A DNA stretch of 64,000 bases from a virus, in IMG/VR virus record IMGVR_UViG_2915168811_000001; one strand, 5' to 3'. This document shows positions 29,501 to 38,850 of this stretch, in pieces. A program made the translations under genes and the position numbers. How positions within the stretch are numbered: the first letter of the stretch is position 1; each line of letters starts with the position of its first letter. The notes below the pieces were generated by a model. The model was not told where the DNA came from. It saw nothing but the letters and a program-made list of their open reading frames with translations, and did not search any database.

Positions 29501-31326
29501 CCTCCAACAGTCAGTCGGGGTTCTCGCTCGGTCATTCCAAGCGCGCCACCGACCTGCTGCTGAAAGTGCGTTCACTCACCGACCGGCACCCGGGAAAGCC
29601 CGTGTTCGCTGGCTTCACCGGCACCCTGATCTCGAACACGCTCGCGGAAGTGTTCGTGTGGCAGTCGTACGTCCAGCCTGAACGCCTTCAGGAGGCTGGG
29701 GTCAGTAATTTCGACGCCTGGGCGGCGACGTTCGTGCGCTTCGAGACAGCGGTCGAAGTGAAGCCGACCGGTCAGGGGTTCCACATGCGCCGCCGGCCGC
29801 GCGCCATCCGGAACGCACCGGAGCTCTACGCGATGCTTTCCGAGAATTGCGACCGCGTCACCGCGGAGCAGATCAATCTCGAGCGCCCGACGCATGAAAC
29901 CCATGACGTCGTCAGCCAGCCGAGCGATGTGCAGCAGGACATCGTGGAAAGCCTCGCCTACCGCGCGGACCGAATCTACGCCGGTGGGGTGGACCCCCGA
30001 GAGGACAACATGCTCGCCATCTGCGGCACCGGGCGCGCAGTGGCGTTGGACCCGCGCCTGCTGCATGCCGACGGCGGCAGTCCCAAGATGAGTGACGCGA
30101 CCGCGAGGATCACCAAGCACTACCTGCAGAACCGAGGGCGCGCCTTTCCTGGCTCCGCGGTACCGGGAATGTTCCAGCTGGTGTTCTGCGACCTCGGCAC
30201 GCCGAAGCCCGGCGACACATCCACGTACGGTCGCCTTCGCGCTGAACTGATCGCGGGAGGGATCCCCGCCGCCATGATCCGTTTCGTGCACGAAGCGACC
30301 ACCGATAAGGCGCGCGCTGCGCTGTTCGCTCAGTGCCGTTCAGGTGAGGTGGCTGTGCTGATCGGTTCGACGGCGAAGATGGGGATGGGCACCAACATTC
30401 AGACCCGCCTCGGCGCGCTGCATCACCTCGATGCGCCCTGGCTGCCCTCCGACCTCGAGCAGCGCAACGGCCGGGCCCTCCGCCCGAAGAATCACTGCCC
30501 GCACGTCGACATCTACCGCTACGTCACCGAAGGCACCTTCGACGCCCTCACCTGGGAGACACTGCACCGCAAGGAGCTGTCGATCGGCCGGTTCCTGAAC
30601 GCAGGGGACGTGGAGCGCGACATCGACGACGTCACTGAGGCTGCCCTGTCGTACGGTCAGGTGAAAGCGCTCGCTACCGGTCGCCCTGAGCTGCTGCGGC
30701 ACGCGGAGATCTCCGCCGAACTCCAGAAGCTCCGCCTCATGCGTTCCGTGTGGGCGCAGCAGGTCAACGCCGCGCACAGCGGAATCGCCACACTGAACGG
30801 TTACGCCGACGGCGGGGAGCGCAGACTGGAACGCCTGGCCGAAGCGACGGGCCGTGACCGGAATAGGCGGGATGAAACTGATCTGCTCGCTACCGACGTG
30901 GTGGAAGCCGCCCGGAAGAAACTGACGGGATCCTTCTACAGCCCCCGGCGATCATGTGACGGACTCTCCCTCTCCCTGAAAAGCTCATCGCTGTCTGGCT
31001 TCGAGGTGACAGTGGAGCACGAATATCTGAACCTCCACTCGTTCGCGCTCACCCGGAAGGAGATTCGCCGCGGCCCCCGTCATGTCGCGAAACTGATCCG
31101 CTCGACGGTGCAGAACTTCAGCGACGACCTGCCCGAAATGATGAAGCGGCTGTCCTCGGACATCGTCGAATACCGCCGGCGGGCGGATGAGAGCCGACGG
31201 TTCGTAGAAACGGCGGTGTTCGACCGGGAGGCAGAACTCAGCGAGCTGGTCGCGGAGCGCGCGCGTCTCGAATCTGAGATGGCCCAATCAGCCGAGCCGG
31301 CACATCTGGAAGCCGTCGCGGCGTAG
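26575..31326 (+). CDS. DarB-like N6-methyltransferase/SNF2 helicase fusion
   Basis: LEPGVGSG, IGNVPF, VGAGKT, DEFH, EQRNGR. Confidence 0.9.
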   Translation: MSIPRAAQQAISALEALASIPAGGEADSVQREVLSAWTGWGPLAPALGVLVDERWQDTADRLEALLSPEAFTWAQDVCDTSYFTPTVVGEAVFDLLRRSGFTGGRVLEPGVGSGALITAAPADWAIDWTGIDADPTAARIAQLLHPDATIIAKPLQDQQFPSGSFDAVIGNVPFSKSGVYDPNFSVHKRPSLHTYFTVRALDAVKPGGYLVLITSRYFLDSIDDIADTVFGGLADLMAAVRLPSGAFDGTEVVADILVLRRREDPRISGGVLPMEMVQRSVRSYARYGDTSTTEMLVQRRSEVPHEVREFSVTVSSLWEDHPALIAGRMEPTGYLPAPLKVRTDDVAGSIRAAVHAAKALYSPEDQRPVDSLPGLPEIALCDAEGRKEGSFHLIDDVVHQVVGGSLRATTKASKELRALIALRDAAVALIELESDTALADAKIAPQRAATLALYEAYVSSFGAIGRGNLTEGKPDPDTGAPSYTWRRPLMGGFRKDPDYLTVLAIEHFDQDTGEACPAPILLRRVNFAPVPVTSTDSPAEAVHLATDRSGVVDIDHVASLLGTDIPGAEEATAGLVFTDPVRQELVTAGEYLSGNVRVKLAAAEAAGADANMEALRAVLPAQLGPLDIRPQLGAPWISADIIRTFIGDVLKMNPSVSYIPELAVWEVGKSYGGDLQSRTEFGTPDIEPVKLLELALNGAVPVLSDEVFVDGRWKKVKNSTKSLAAEQKQLAIQQRFEVWLWEEKDRADQVCNEFNRRFRSHRPRRGDGQHLSFPGLSTSIELWPHQKDAVQRIITDQRTILHHPVGAGKTLEAIVGAVKLKQLGLAQKPLITVPNHLLEQIAREARTAYPTGRFLIAGRDEVTKENKRLFAARCATGDWDAVIMTHTAFASIPVSAELESRWVEERKAELRDAMSSIEQYSKGQKKVAAAVRRLESQLMELRDDARRDEHTITFEQLGVDHVSVDEFHMFRRLMVTSNSQSGFSLGHSKRATDLLLKVRSLTDRHPGKPVFAGFTGTLISNTLAEVFVWQSYVQPERLQEAGVSNFDAWAATFVRFETAVEVKPTGQGFHMRRRPRAIRNAPELYAMLSENCDRVTAEQINLERPTHETHDVVSQPSDVQQDIVESLAYRADRIYAGGVDPREDNMLAICGTGRAVALDPRLLHADGGSPKMSDATARITKHYLQNRGRAFPGSAVPGMFQLVFCDLGTPKPGDTSTYGRLRAELIAGGIPAAMIRFVHEATTDKARAALFAQCRSGEVAVLIGSTAKMGMGTNIQTRLGALHHLDAPWLPSDLEQRNGRALRPKNHCPHVDIYRYVTEGTFDALTWETLHRKELSIGRFLNAGDVERDIDDVTEAALSYGQVKALATGRPELLRHAEISAELQKLRLMRSVWAQQVNAAHSGIATLNGYADGGERRLERLAEATGRDRNRRDETDLLATDVVEAARKKLTGSFYSPRRSCDGLSLSLKSSSLSGFEVTVEHEYLNLHSFALTRKEIRRGPRHVAKLIRSTVQNFSDDLPEMMKRLSSDIVEYRRRADESRRFVETAVFDREAELSELVAERARLESEMAQSAEPAHLEAVAA

Positions 31327-31329
31327 ACA

Positions 31330-31341
31330 CCGCGCATCACT
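31330..31341 (+). promoter_or_regulatory. Class I box + hairpin
   Basis: GCCGC-ACCGC-GCGGC. Confidence 0.75.
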
Positions 31342-31383
31342 ACTGGTGAGCCGCACCGCGCGGCCGGAAACAGGAGTCGAGCA

Positions 31384-31935
31384 ATGTCCAGCACGCAGGA
31401 ACGCCTCTACATCGAACAGATCAAGCACCTCGACAAGGCCGCACAGCACGTGCGGGACGCCGCCGAGTCGTTCGAGCGCTCCGACACGGACGGCTCCCTG
31501 TCCCAGTGGTCCAGCGTGCTGCACGGAACGCTGGAGCATTTGCGCGCGGAGATCGCAGCAAACGGCGGAACCGCTGTGTTCCCGGCACTGTTTCTGCTGG
31601 ACGGCACCGTCGCTTCCACTCATCAGGCGAGCGGCCAGTACGGCCCCTTCTGGGTGCTGAATGACGCTGCAGAAGAAGAGCTCGGCAGGCGTTTCCTCAA
31701 CACATCCAGCGCGCAGTCGGCAAAAACTCGCGCCGCCAACAACCGCAAGAAGGGCGTCACCGTCGGCACCATCCGCGTCGCCGCGTACGCCGACCTCTGG
31801 GCGCCGGAAAGCGCCACCGGGCTTGCCGGCGCATTGCAAGTCAGCGCGCGTGTGTTCCCGAACGTCGAGGCGCTCAAGGCGGGCGACTTCACCGTCGTGA
31901 CGACCGAAGTGATCGAGGTTGACGATGCGGCCTAG
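31384..31935 (+). CDS. Hypothetical protein
   Basis: SD AGGAG; follows box. Confidence 0.7.
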   Translation: MSSTQERLYIEQIKHLDKAAQHVRDAAESFERSDTDGSLSQWSSVLHGTLEHLRAEIAANGGTAVFPALFLLDGTVASTHQASGQYGPFWVLNDAAEEELGRRFLNTSSAQSAKTRAANNRKKGVTVGTIRVAAYADLWAPESATGLAGALQVSARVFPNVEALKAGDFTVVTTEVIEVDDAA

Positions 31936-32251
31936 GTCCCGTAGTGGCCCGCTAGTCCAGTTCGCCGTCGTCCGAAAGACCGGGTATATCTCGACCTACC
32001 CCTGGTCGATGCTGTGCGGCACCGCGGTGCTGGCGCCGAACGCATACCGGCAGCCGTACCCGCCAGTGCTGTTCCGGATCCGGAATCGCTGGTGGCCGTG
32101 CCCATGGTTCGTCGTACAGCTGTCCTGGCTGTCCAGCGCGCACTATCCCGGCACCGTCCGCAACGCACCCAAAGACGGGTACGACTCCGCCCCCTCCCCC
32201 GAGGTCGCCGCCGCTATGGTCGCGACCTCCGAACCGACTGGAGCGCTATGA
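31925..32251 (+). CDS. Hypothetical protein
   Basis: Overlaps both neighbours; SD GAGG. Confidence 0.45.
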   Translation: MRPRSRSGPLVQFAVVRKTGYISTYPWSMLCGTAVLAPNAYRQPYPPVLFRIRNRWWPCPWFVVQLSWLSSAHYPGTVRNAPKDGYDSAPSPEVAAAMVATSEPTGAL

Positions 32252-32646
32252 GCTTCTGGGCCCCATACCTACTGGGTGTCGCCACCATCCCGGGCCTGAT
32301 CGTGCTCGGCGCGCTCGGCTACCTGCTCGCCAGGCGAGATGGAGATCGCGCGGCCAAATGTGACCACTGCGACTGGCGATTCGCCGGACTTGCGGAGAAC
32401 TTCGACCGGGACGACATCAGCCTGATTTCGGCCCATCGCCGGAAGCGGCCGATGCGCGCGCACGCCGCGGTTTCGGAGTACTGGCACAACGCCGTCGTCA
32501 ACCGAACACGGAAGCATCGCGCTGCCTGGACCGCCTTCATGGAGTCCCCTGAAGGCGCACCGTGGCGCGCGATGGAAGCACCCTACGCCTCCCGACTCGG
32601 CACCAAAGGCCACCAACACCAACCGAAAGAGGACTTCCCATGCTGA
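32248..32646 (+). CDS. Hypothetical membrane-anchored protein
   Basis: N-terminal TM, CDHC. Confidence 0.55.
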   Translation: MSFWAPYLLGVATIPGLIVLGALGYLLARRDGDRAAKCDHCDWRFAGLAENFDRDDISLISAHRRKRPMRAHAAVSEYWHNAVVNRTRKHRAAWTAFMESPEGAPWRAMEAPYASRLGTKGHQHQPKEDFPC

Positions 32647-33401
32647 CGATCGCGACCGACGGATCCACGCGCGGCAACCCGGGCCCGACCGGCTGGGCTT
32701 GGGCGGCTGAGGACGGCAACTGGGAGTCCGGCTCCCTCGCGTCCGGCACGAACAACATCGGTGAGCTACTCGGCGTGATCCGCGCGATCGAAGCGCACAT
32801 GGACGTCCCGCATATCCGCATCGAATCGGACTCCCAGTACGTCGTCGACGCGGCAACGAAATGGGGGAAGAACTGGCGTCGCAATGGATGGGTGAACGGG
32901 GCCGGGAAGAGGGTCGCCAACAAAGGGCTCGTCGCGCAGTTGGTCGAGCTCGTCGACGCACACCCGAACGTAGAAGTCGTCTGGGTGCGCGGGCATGCCG
33001 GCCACATCCTGAACGGCTGGGCTGACAACTGTGCCACCGCAGCATCGGCACAGGGCAAGCTCGGCATCATCTCCACGTTCGGGTCCGCGCACGGCGGTGA
33101 ACTACTGGATGTCACCATCCCGGCACCGACCGCCGACGAAGACCGGATAAGCGACAAGAAACGGGCAAAGCGTGCCAACAAGGACGCGTTCGCCAACCTC
33201 ACCGCGCTCGGTCACGCCCTCGGGCTCACCGCCGTGAAAGCAGGCTGGGCCCTCACCGACGCGGGACTCCGGGATCCGGAAACACGGGAACCCACCGCCG
33301 CGGCGCGGGGCGCCGGCCTGTGCAAAGAGGTGAAAGGCGCCGAATACGTCCAGTACCTTTGGCACACCGAAAAGACCGCAGCAAAGCTGCAGAAGGCTTG
33401 A
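32640..33401 (+). CDS. rnhA: Ribonuclease HI with C-terminal extension
   Basis: TDGSTRGNPG, TNNIGEL, SDSQY, WVRGHAG..N..AD. Confidence 0.92.
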   Translation: MLTIATDGSTRGNPGPTGWAWAAEDGNWESGSLASGTNNIGELLGVIRAIEAHMDVPHIRIESDSQYVVDAATKWGKNWRRNGWVNGAGKRVANKGLVAQLVELVDAHPNVEVVWVRGHAGHILNGWADNCATAASAQGKLGIISTFGSAHGGELLDVTIPAPTADEDRISDKKRAKRANKDAFANLTALGHALGLTAVKAGWALTDAGLRDPETREPTAAARGAGLCKEVKGAEYVQYLWHTEKTAAKLQKA

Positions 33402-33406
33402 TCAGC

Positions 33407-34018
33407 ATGACGCTCTCGGAATTCCTCGACACATACCCTCGACTCCTGCTCGCAGTTTTCGGCGTAGCCGCCCTCATCGTCGCTGTGGTTACCCTCATCA
33501 ACTGGGCGATAGGTCGAAACGAAGCACGGAAGCGTGACGCTTTCGTCTCCGCACTGAAACAGCACATCACCTCACTGGAGATCTCCCCCGACGGGATGAC
33601 ATTCAAGATCGTCACCAACGGCGAAGTACCAGCGCTCCCTCCCCGATGGGAAAAGCAGCAAGCGATCACAGTGGAATCTTCCATGGAGCAGGTGTTTACA
33701 GCCAAGGTTTCGGGTGTCAAGGGAATTGCCGCTGTGCATCCACATTCGATCTGGGAGAGTTACCACTCCGCATGTCAGTGGATTCAAATCCCGATCGAAA
33801 CGAACAAGACGTATGCCGTTCCATCAGTCAGAGCAGGACACATACGGCGGGCGATCTACACGTCTTCCGCCCGGGGGATCCTGACGCCTGTGGCCATGGC
33901 CAAGCATCTAGTGGATGAATCCGACGTCAAGGTCAGGAATGCGGGGTACTGCCTCACAGTATGGGTGCAGTTCAGAGGTGAGGACATCTTGCATGAAACC
34001 CGAATGATGCCGAAGTGA
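33407..34018 (+). CDS. Hypothetical membrane protein
   Basis: N-terminal TM. Confidence 0.55.
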   Translation: MTLSEFLDTYPRLLLAVFGVAALIVAVVTLINWAIGRNEARKRDAFVSALKQHITSLEISPDGMTFKIVTNGEVPALPPRWEKQQAITVESSMEQVFTAKVSGVKGIAAVHPHSIWESYHSACQWIQIPIETNKTYAVPSVRAGHIRRAIYTSSARGILTPVAMAKHLVDESDVKVRNAGYCLTVWVQFRGEDILHETRMMPK

Positions 34019-34069
34019 TTACGCGCGGTGCCCTCAGGGTAAAGTTCACCGTAACTTCAAGGGGGAATT

Positions 34070-34861
34070 GTGGGGATCTTTTCGAGGAAACGAGAGCGCG
34101 CAGCTGGCGAAGCCGCGGCGCCCTCAGGCAGTGATGGGACTTTCGTCGCCCCGTCAGACATGACTATCCCGTACGCGAAGTTGGGAGTTGCTACAAAGCA
34201 TCTCGACGAAGGACGGATTGCCGAGGGTATGCCGCTATTGCGTGATGCGGCTGAGGCGGGAGTGCCTGAGGCGATGTTGCAGCTGGGGATTTTGCATGAA
34301 CTCTCCGGTGAAGATGAGGTGGGGTTCAATTGGATAGTGAGAGCCGGCGAAAGTGGCTCTCGGGACGCGATGAGAATGCTGTCCGGCCATTACATGCAGC
34401 CAGAAACGGTTCTGTATTCCATCCAGTGGACCAAGAAGTTGGCAGACGCCGGCGACGCCGATGCGGGCCAATTTCTTCCGCACCTCGTGAAGGCGTACCA
34501 GGGCGACAGCGGTGGGCAGACCATGGTCGGCATCATCCTGACCAAGAGCGGGCAACCCGAACGGGCTGAGCCCTGGTTTGAAAGCGCCGCCGATCTAGGG
34601 AACCCTGCCGCGATGTTGCAGCTCGCCTTTGCATACATGGTTCCTTGGCAGGAGGACACAGCTCTTGACTGGGCCTCAAGGGCCTCCGCTGCGGGGAGCC
34701 CTCGAGCTGCCGAAGCCGTCGATGTTATCCGCGGATTGATCCGGGGCGACGTGAAGTCCATGCGTGATGCCAGCACCCTATTGGCTGCCCGCGGTCACGG
34801 CACTAAATCGGAGCAGTGGGCCAGCTTGGCCGCTGATGTTGAACGGGCGAGGGGAAACTGA
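34070..34861 (+). CDS. Sel1/TPR-like repeat protein
   Basis: Repeated AAEAG..EAM.QLG and WF..AADLG...AM motifs. Confidence 0.75.
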   Translation: MGIFSRKRERAAGEAAAPSGSDGTFVAPSDMTIPYAKLGVATKHLDEGRIAEGMPLLRDAAEAGVPEAMLQLGILHELSGEDEVGFNWIVRAGESGSRDAMRMLSGHYMQPETVLYSIQWTKKLADAGDADAGQFLPHLVKAYQGDSGGQTMVGIILTKSGQPERAEPWFESAADLGNPAAMLQLAFAYMVPWQEDTALDWASRASAAGSPRAAEAVDVIRGLIRGDVKSMRDASTLLAARGHGTKSEQWASLAADVERARGN

Positions 34862-35007
34862 TGGGCGACTGGGATTTCGCGGACGGACTGGAGGGCGACG
34901 CGCTCGCTGACGCGCTTTCGAGCGGTGGCACTGCGGAGGATTGGGCCTTCGTAGATGCAGTGGACGAGGAAGCCGACGAGGGCGAAGGAAACACCGACAC
35001 TGTTTAG
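34861..35007 (+). CDS. 48-aa very acidic peptide (not in ORF track)
   Basis: TGATG coupling to the Sel1 gene; 16 D/E and no K/R. Confidence 0.6.
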   Translation: MGDWDFADGLEGDALADALSSGGTAEDWAFVDAVDEEADEGEGNTDTV

Positions 35008-35027
35008 TGCCGTGAGCGCGTTCAGCA

Positions 35028-35039
35028 CCGCGCATCACT
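35028..35039 (+). promoter_or_regulatory. Class I box + hairpin
   Basis: GGCTGCA-CCG-TGCGGCC. Confidence 0.75.
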
Positions 35040-35115
35040 GAGGGCGAGGCTGCACCGTGCGGCCGCCCCTGGAGGTCACTGTGCTGTACTTGTCGCCCAA
35101 CTCAGCGAACTCGGC

Positions 35116-37731
35116 ATGCTCATGAGCGGCGAGCTCGAACTGCAAGTAAACCGGGCCCGCGCCGCGACGACCGGCGGCGCGAACGTGCCCGACGTCCCTC
35201 AGGTGGGGTCCGCCGTCGAGATGAAGTCTCGGCTGCAGGAGGCGCGACTTGCAGTACAGGCGAACGTTTCTGCCGCTGTTGAAGCGCAGGCGTCCGCGCG
35301 CGCGATTGTGGACGCGAAGAAACGTGAGCTCGAAGCAATGATTCGCGGGCTGGACGCAGAGCTTGCACCGCTCCGGGCGAAGATGGAGAGGTTCGAGGAC
35401 GGGATCGCTGCCGTGCAGCTGTACCTTGGCCGCGGCGAAGAGGTCGTTGTCATCAGCGATGGTGAGCCTGCGCCCGCTGGCACCCCGGTGATGCTTCGCC
35501 AGCAGGTGCTCGCCATGGATGAGGAGACCGCGATCGCTGCCGGCGAGGGCGGCATCGACTTCCGGGATATTGACGTGTTTGCGGACTGGCTGCGCGTCCC
35601 CGAGAACCTGCAGCAGGTGCTCCCTGAGCAGAAAGGCATCGTTGCCTGCCAGCCGCGCCGTCAGGCGAAGGACTACAGCGACGACCCACTGCTGAACGCG
35701 AAGCTGAACGAGAACAACTGGTACACCTACTGGCTGATTCGCAACGGTGAACGGCTATGGCTGACGACCGGCGAGTTCATCGTCGGAAGCACCATCTGCC
35801 CGAAACTGGATGAATTCACCGGCCTGTTCCGCGGGCGCGACGGAAAGCCCCTCTCCCCCGGCTCGCACTACTGGGTTGAAGCGGAAAAGAAGGCTGACCG
35901 CATGACCCGCCACTACATGAAGGTGGCGATGCTGCTGCAGGGCATCAACGACCGCACCGCTGTGCTCGACCCTAAACCCGCCGGTCTGAGTTTCATCGAC
36001 CAGGCCTCCTATGAGCGCGGCGAAGTGGTCCTGATCACTGACAGCGAGCTCGCGATCGGTACCGGACGGCCTTCGTTCCCGAAGTGGATCGCCGAGAAGC
36101 GTGCTGAGCTGACGGAAGGAATGCGGATCGCGTTCGACCCGTCCTACTCCCTCGGGTATCGGGTGTGGAACCGGGACTACGAACCAGCCAACGCCATACC
36201 GCAGGGACTCACGCCTGAGGCGGGGATCTACCAGGCCGCGAGGTATGACGGAGCCGAGTACGGCTTCGAGTTCAAATTTCTGTTCGCTCGCACCGACCAA
36301 ATCTGGAACGACCGCACGGGGTATTCCACGCCGAAGAAGAAGGCGGGTGCACGGTTCGGCCAAAACGATGACTTCTGGATTCCCGTAGACAACCTGACGC
36401 TCGACGAGATCAACTACTACCTCGAGTCCCGTTCTGAGCGGGCCCACTACCTGAAGCTGATCCCGCTGCTACGCCAGGTGCGTGACCTGCTCGCGGCCGA
36501 ACGTGAAGCGCAGACCCCGTTCGCTCAGGCCCTCGCCGGGCGCCTCATGGCCGACCTCGGCGTCGATGCGGCAGACGCAGTCGATATGGCCTGGGAGCTC
36601 GTATGCTGGTATCGCAGCGCCCGCAAGTGGCAGGAGCCCGTGCAAGCCGACGATGCGAAAGCATACGTGCAGACGATTGCTGAGGCGAAACGACGCCTCC
36701 GCGCGCATCTCACTGGCGACGTCGTTGTGCGCGCAGCTAAAGCCCTCCCCGGGGAACTGATGGCGGTCGCGAGACGCTCCAGCGGATACCTTGCGGTGTA
36801 CCGCCAGGAGACCGCACACGAAAACCTCAAGGACCGCCCCTTCGTCCGAATCACCCTCCTCACCGCCAAGGGCGAATTGAAAGGCGAGGAGCCGTGGCAG
36901 CTGCTGAAGCGCGCGCAGGTGTCCCGCTGGATGGTGCTGCATCAGACCGAGGCTTTCACTGAACTCTCGCTTGACGTCGCCCGCGGCGCACAGCTCACCG
37001 ACGACGAGGTGAAAGCCTCCATCGAACGCTGCCGCGCCATGTACCCGGACGACGAACTTCTGTCCGTGCGGGTCGGGAAGACCAGGGGCTACCGCAGCCA
37101 GTCGAACCAGCACGTCGAAGCCTGGTGGCTGAGCTCACACAAGCAGGAAGACCGCTACGGGCGCGTATCCAGCAAAGCCGATGAGCCGGATCTTCGGCGC
37201 CGGAAGTTCGAGATCAACGAATCCACGATCGCCGGTGGGTTCTCCTTCTACAGAGACACCGTGGCTTTGGATCACCGCGACAACTTCCGGGACGAGGGGT
37301 TCTCCTACCCGTGGGAGGTGGGAGGAGACGTGTCCGCGGACCTCGAAGTATTTCACGACGCAGAGGTGGCGCAGAAGGCCATGACGCTCGCGGACGTTAA
37401 TCACGAACGGCAGCGGGAACAGAATGTGCGACGCAACTTCGTATACCGGCTTGCCGGAGCCGCTGAGAAACTGGTGACCGATGAGCATGAAGGCGAGCTG
37501 CGCGCTCGATACGTCGACGACTACGGCACCGAGATCGGCTACGCGGAATGGCGAAGGGGCATCAAGGTGACCGTACGTAGGGTGGACGGTCTCACCGGGC
37601 GGTTGGTCACCGCCGTCACCGACGGACACGCGATCGGCGGGCGGCGGCTCGGCGACCTCTACCCGGATATGGAGCTGTGGGCGGCCGCAGACTACGTTAT
37701 CCCGGCGCCGGTCGGTGGGAGTGCTGGCTAG
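35116..37731 (+). CDS. Large hypothetical protein with N-terminal coiled coil
   Basis: 871-aa ORF; no catalytic motif recognised. Confidence 0.8.
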   Translation: MLMSGELELQVNRARAATTGGANVPDVPQVGSAVEMKSRLQEARLAVQANVSAAVEAQASARAIVDAKKRELEAMIRGLDAELAPLRAKMERFEDGIAAVQLYLGRGEEVVVISDGEPAPAGTPVMLRQQVLAMDEETAIAAGEGGIDFRDIDVFADWLRVPENLQQVLPEQKGIVACQPRRQAKDYSDDPLLNAKLNENNWYTYWLIRNGERLWLTTGEFIVGSTICPKLDEFTGLFRGRDGKPLSPGSHYWVEAEKKADRMTRHYMKVAMLLQGINDRTAVLDPKPAGLSFIDQASYERGEVVLITDSELAIGTGRPSFPKWIAEKRAELTEGMRIAFDPSYSLGYRVWNRDYEPANAIPQGLTPEAGIYQAARYDGAEYGFEFKFLFARTDQIWNDRTGYSTPKKKAGARFGQNDDFWIPVDNLTLDEINYYLESRSERAHYLKLIPLLRQVRDLLAAEREAQTPFAQALAGRLMADLGVDAADAVDMAWELVCWYRSARKWQEPVQADDAKAYVQTIAEAKRRLRAHLTGDVVVRAAKALPGELMAVARRSSGYLAVYRQETAHENLKDRPFVRITLLTAKGELKGEEPWQLLKRAQVSRWMVLHQTEAFTELSLDVARGAQLTDDEVKASIERCRAMYPDDELLSVRVGKTRGYRSQSNQHVEAWWLSSHKQEDRYGRVSSKADEPDLRRRKFEINESTIAGGFSFYRDTVALDHRDNFRDEGFSYPWEVGGDVSADLEVFHDAEVAQKAMTLADVNHERQREQNVRRNFVYRLAGAAEKLVTDEHEGELRARYVDDYGTEIGYAEWRRGIKVTVRRVDGLTGRLVTAVTDGHAIGGRRLGDLYPDMELWAAADYVIPAPVGGSAG

Positions 37732-37746
37732 CTTTGTGCGCTGCGG

Positions 37747-37758
37747 CCGCGCATTTCT
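37747..37758 (+). promoter_or_regulatory. Class I box variant CCGCGCATTTCT
   Basis: Downstream sequence nearly identical to the 35028 copy. Confidence 0.7.
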
Positions 37759-37798
37759 GAGGGCGAGGCCGCACCGTGCAACCCAGAAAGCGAGCGCC

Positions 37799-38086
37799 AT
37801 GAGCGTCGTCGACGGATATTTCACCACCCGTATTACTTGCGAGGAACGTGAGGAATTGATCGACTCGGTCGGCCGGGACCGGAACGGTCCCGCTGACCAG
37901 TACGGTGTCGGAGCTTCGCTCACTGACGTCAGCGGCACGTACGGCGATCCGAAGATCTACACCCGTTGGGAGAACCGGGTAACCGATGTCCCGCTGTTCG
38001 ACGACACCCTCTGGCCGAACAGTGATCGGCCCTGCGAGCACCGACGGTATGACCCGATCCCCGGCTATGTCGCGGACGAGGACTGA
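37799..38086 (+). CDS. Hypothetical protein
   Basis: Single gene between two boxes. Confidence 0.6.
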   Translation: MSVVDGYFTTRITCEEREELIDSVGRDRNGPADQYGVGASLTDVSGTYGDPKIYTRWENRVTDVPLFDDTLWPNSDRPCEHRRYDPIPGYVADED

Positions 38087-38091
38087 CACCG

Positions 38092-38103
38092 CCGCGCATC
38101 ACT
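38092..38103 (+). promoter_or_regulatory. Class I box + hairpin
   Basis: GCCGCA-GCG-TGCGGC. Confidence 0.75.
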
Positions 38104-38142
38104 GTGGTGAGGCCGCAGCGTGCGGCGAGTGAATGGAGCGCT

Positions 38143-38850
38143 ATGCCTGAACCAATGAACATCGCCGAGCTGACGTATCGGCTTCGGCACGCCAGCGGTC
38201 GGGATTCGAAATCGGCGCTCCTGAAACTCTGCCTCGCGTCCGCTGAAGCGCTTACTGTGACTGACGACCAGCTCGCTGACACCGAACGGTTCATCCGCCA
38301 GACGTTCGCCGACGAAGCCATGATCGACGACACCGGCACCGGCGAATTCATCGCCGAAACACGGCTTGATGACGTCATGCCCGCCCTTGCGGCTGCGTTC
38401 GCTGCATGGAAATCCAGTTTCGTGGCTGAACAGCACGGAGATCTAAACCCTGACCGTCAGGACTTACTTGAGCGTTTCGATCGTTGGAGCGCACAGCCAG
38501 AAACTGGCAGCATCGTGCGTAACGAGCGGTGGCGGGAATTCGCGCGCGAGCTGCGAGCGGCGATTTCGCGTCCCGATACCGCTCTGCCGAGCAGCGCTGC
38601 TTCGCTTGAGCGTTTCGCTCGTGCGCTGAACAGCGCCGGGTGGACATGCGCTGGGGGCGCGCATGAGCCTGGTCAGTTCGACACCTGCGCGCAATGCTGC
38701 GCAGCTTCCTTGGAGCAGGCCAAGCTCACGTACGCGGCGGCGTTCGGGGGTGCCAAAGATGAGGTGAATCCGGCGGAGCATGAGGACTGGTGCCACTACG
38801 GCAGGTGCAGTGCGCCATGCCATTGCACCTGCGATCTGGTGCATTCCTGA
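38143..38850 (+). CDS. Hypothetical Cys-rich protein
   Basis: SD GGAG; C-terminal Cys/His clusters. Confidence 0.6.
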   Translation: MPEPMNIAELTYRLRHASGRDSKSALLKLCLASAEALTVTDDQLADTERFIRQTFADEAMIDDTGTGEFIAETRLDDVMPALAAAFAAWKSSFVAEQHGDLNPDRQDLLERFDRWSAQPETGSIVRNERWREFARELRAAISRPDTALPSSAASLERFARALNSAGWTCAGGAHEPGQFDTCAQCCAASLEQAKLTYAAAFGGAKDEVNPAEHEDWCHYGRCSAPCHCTCDLVHS

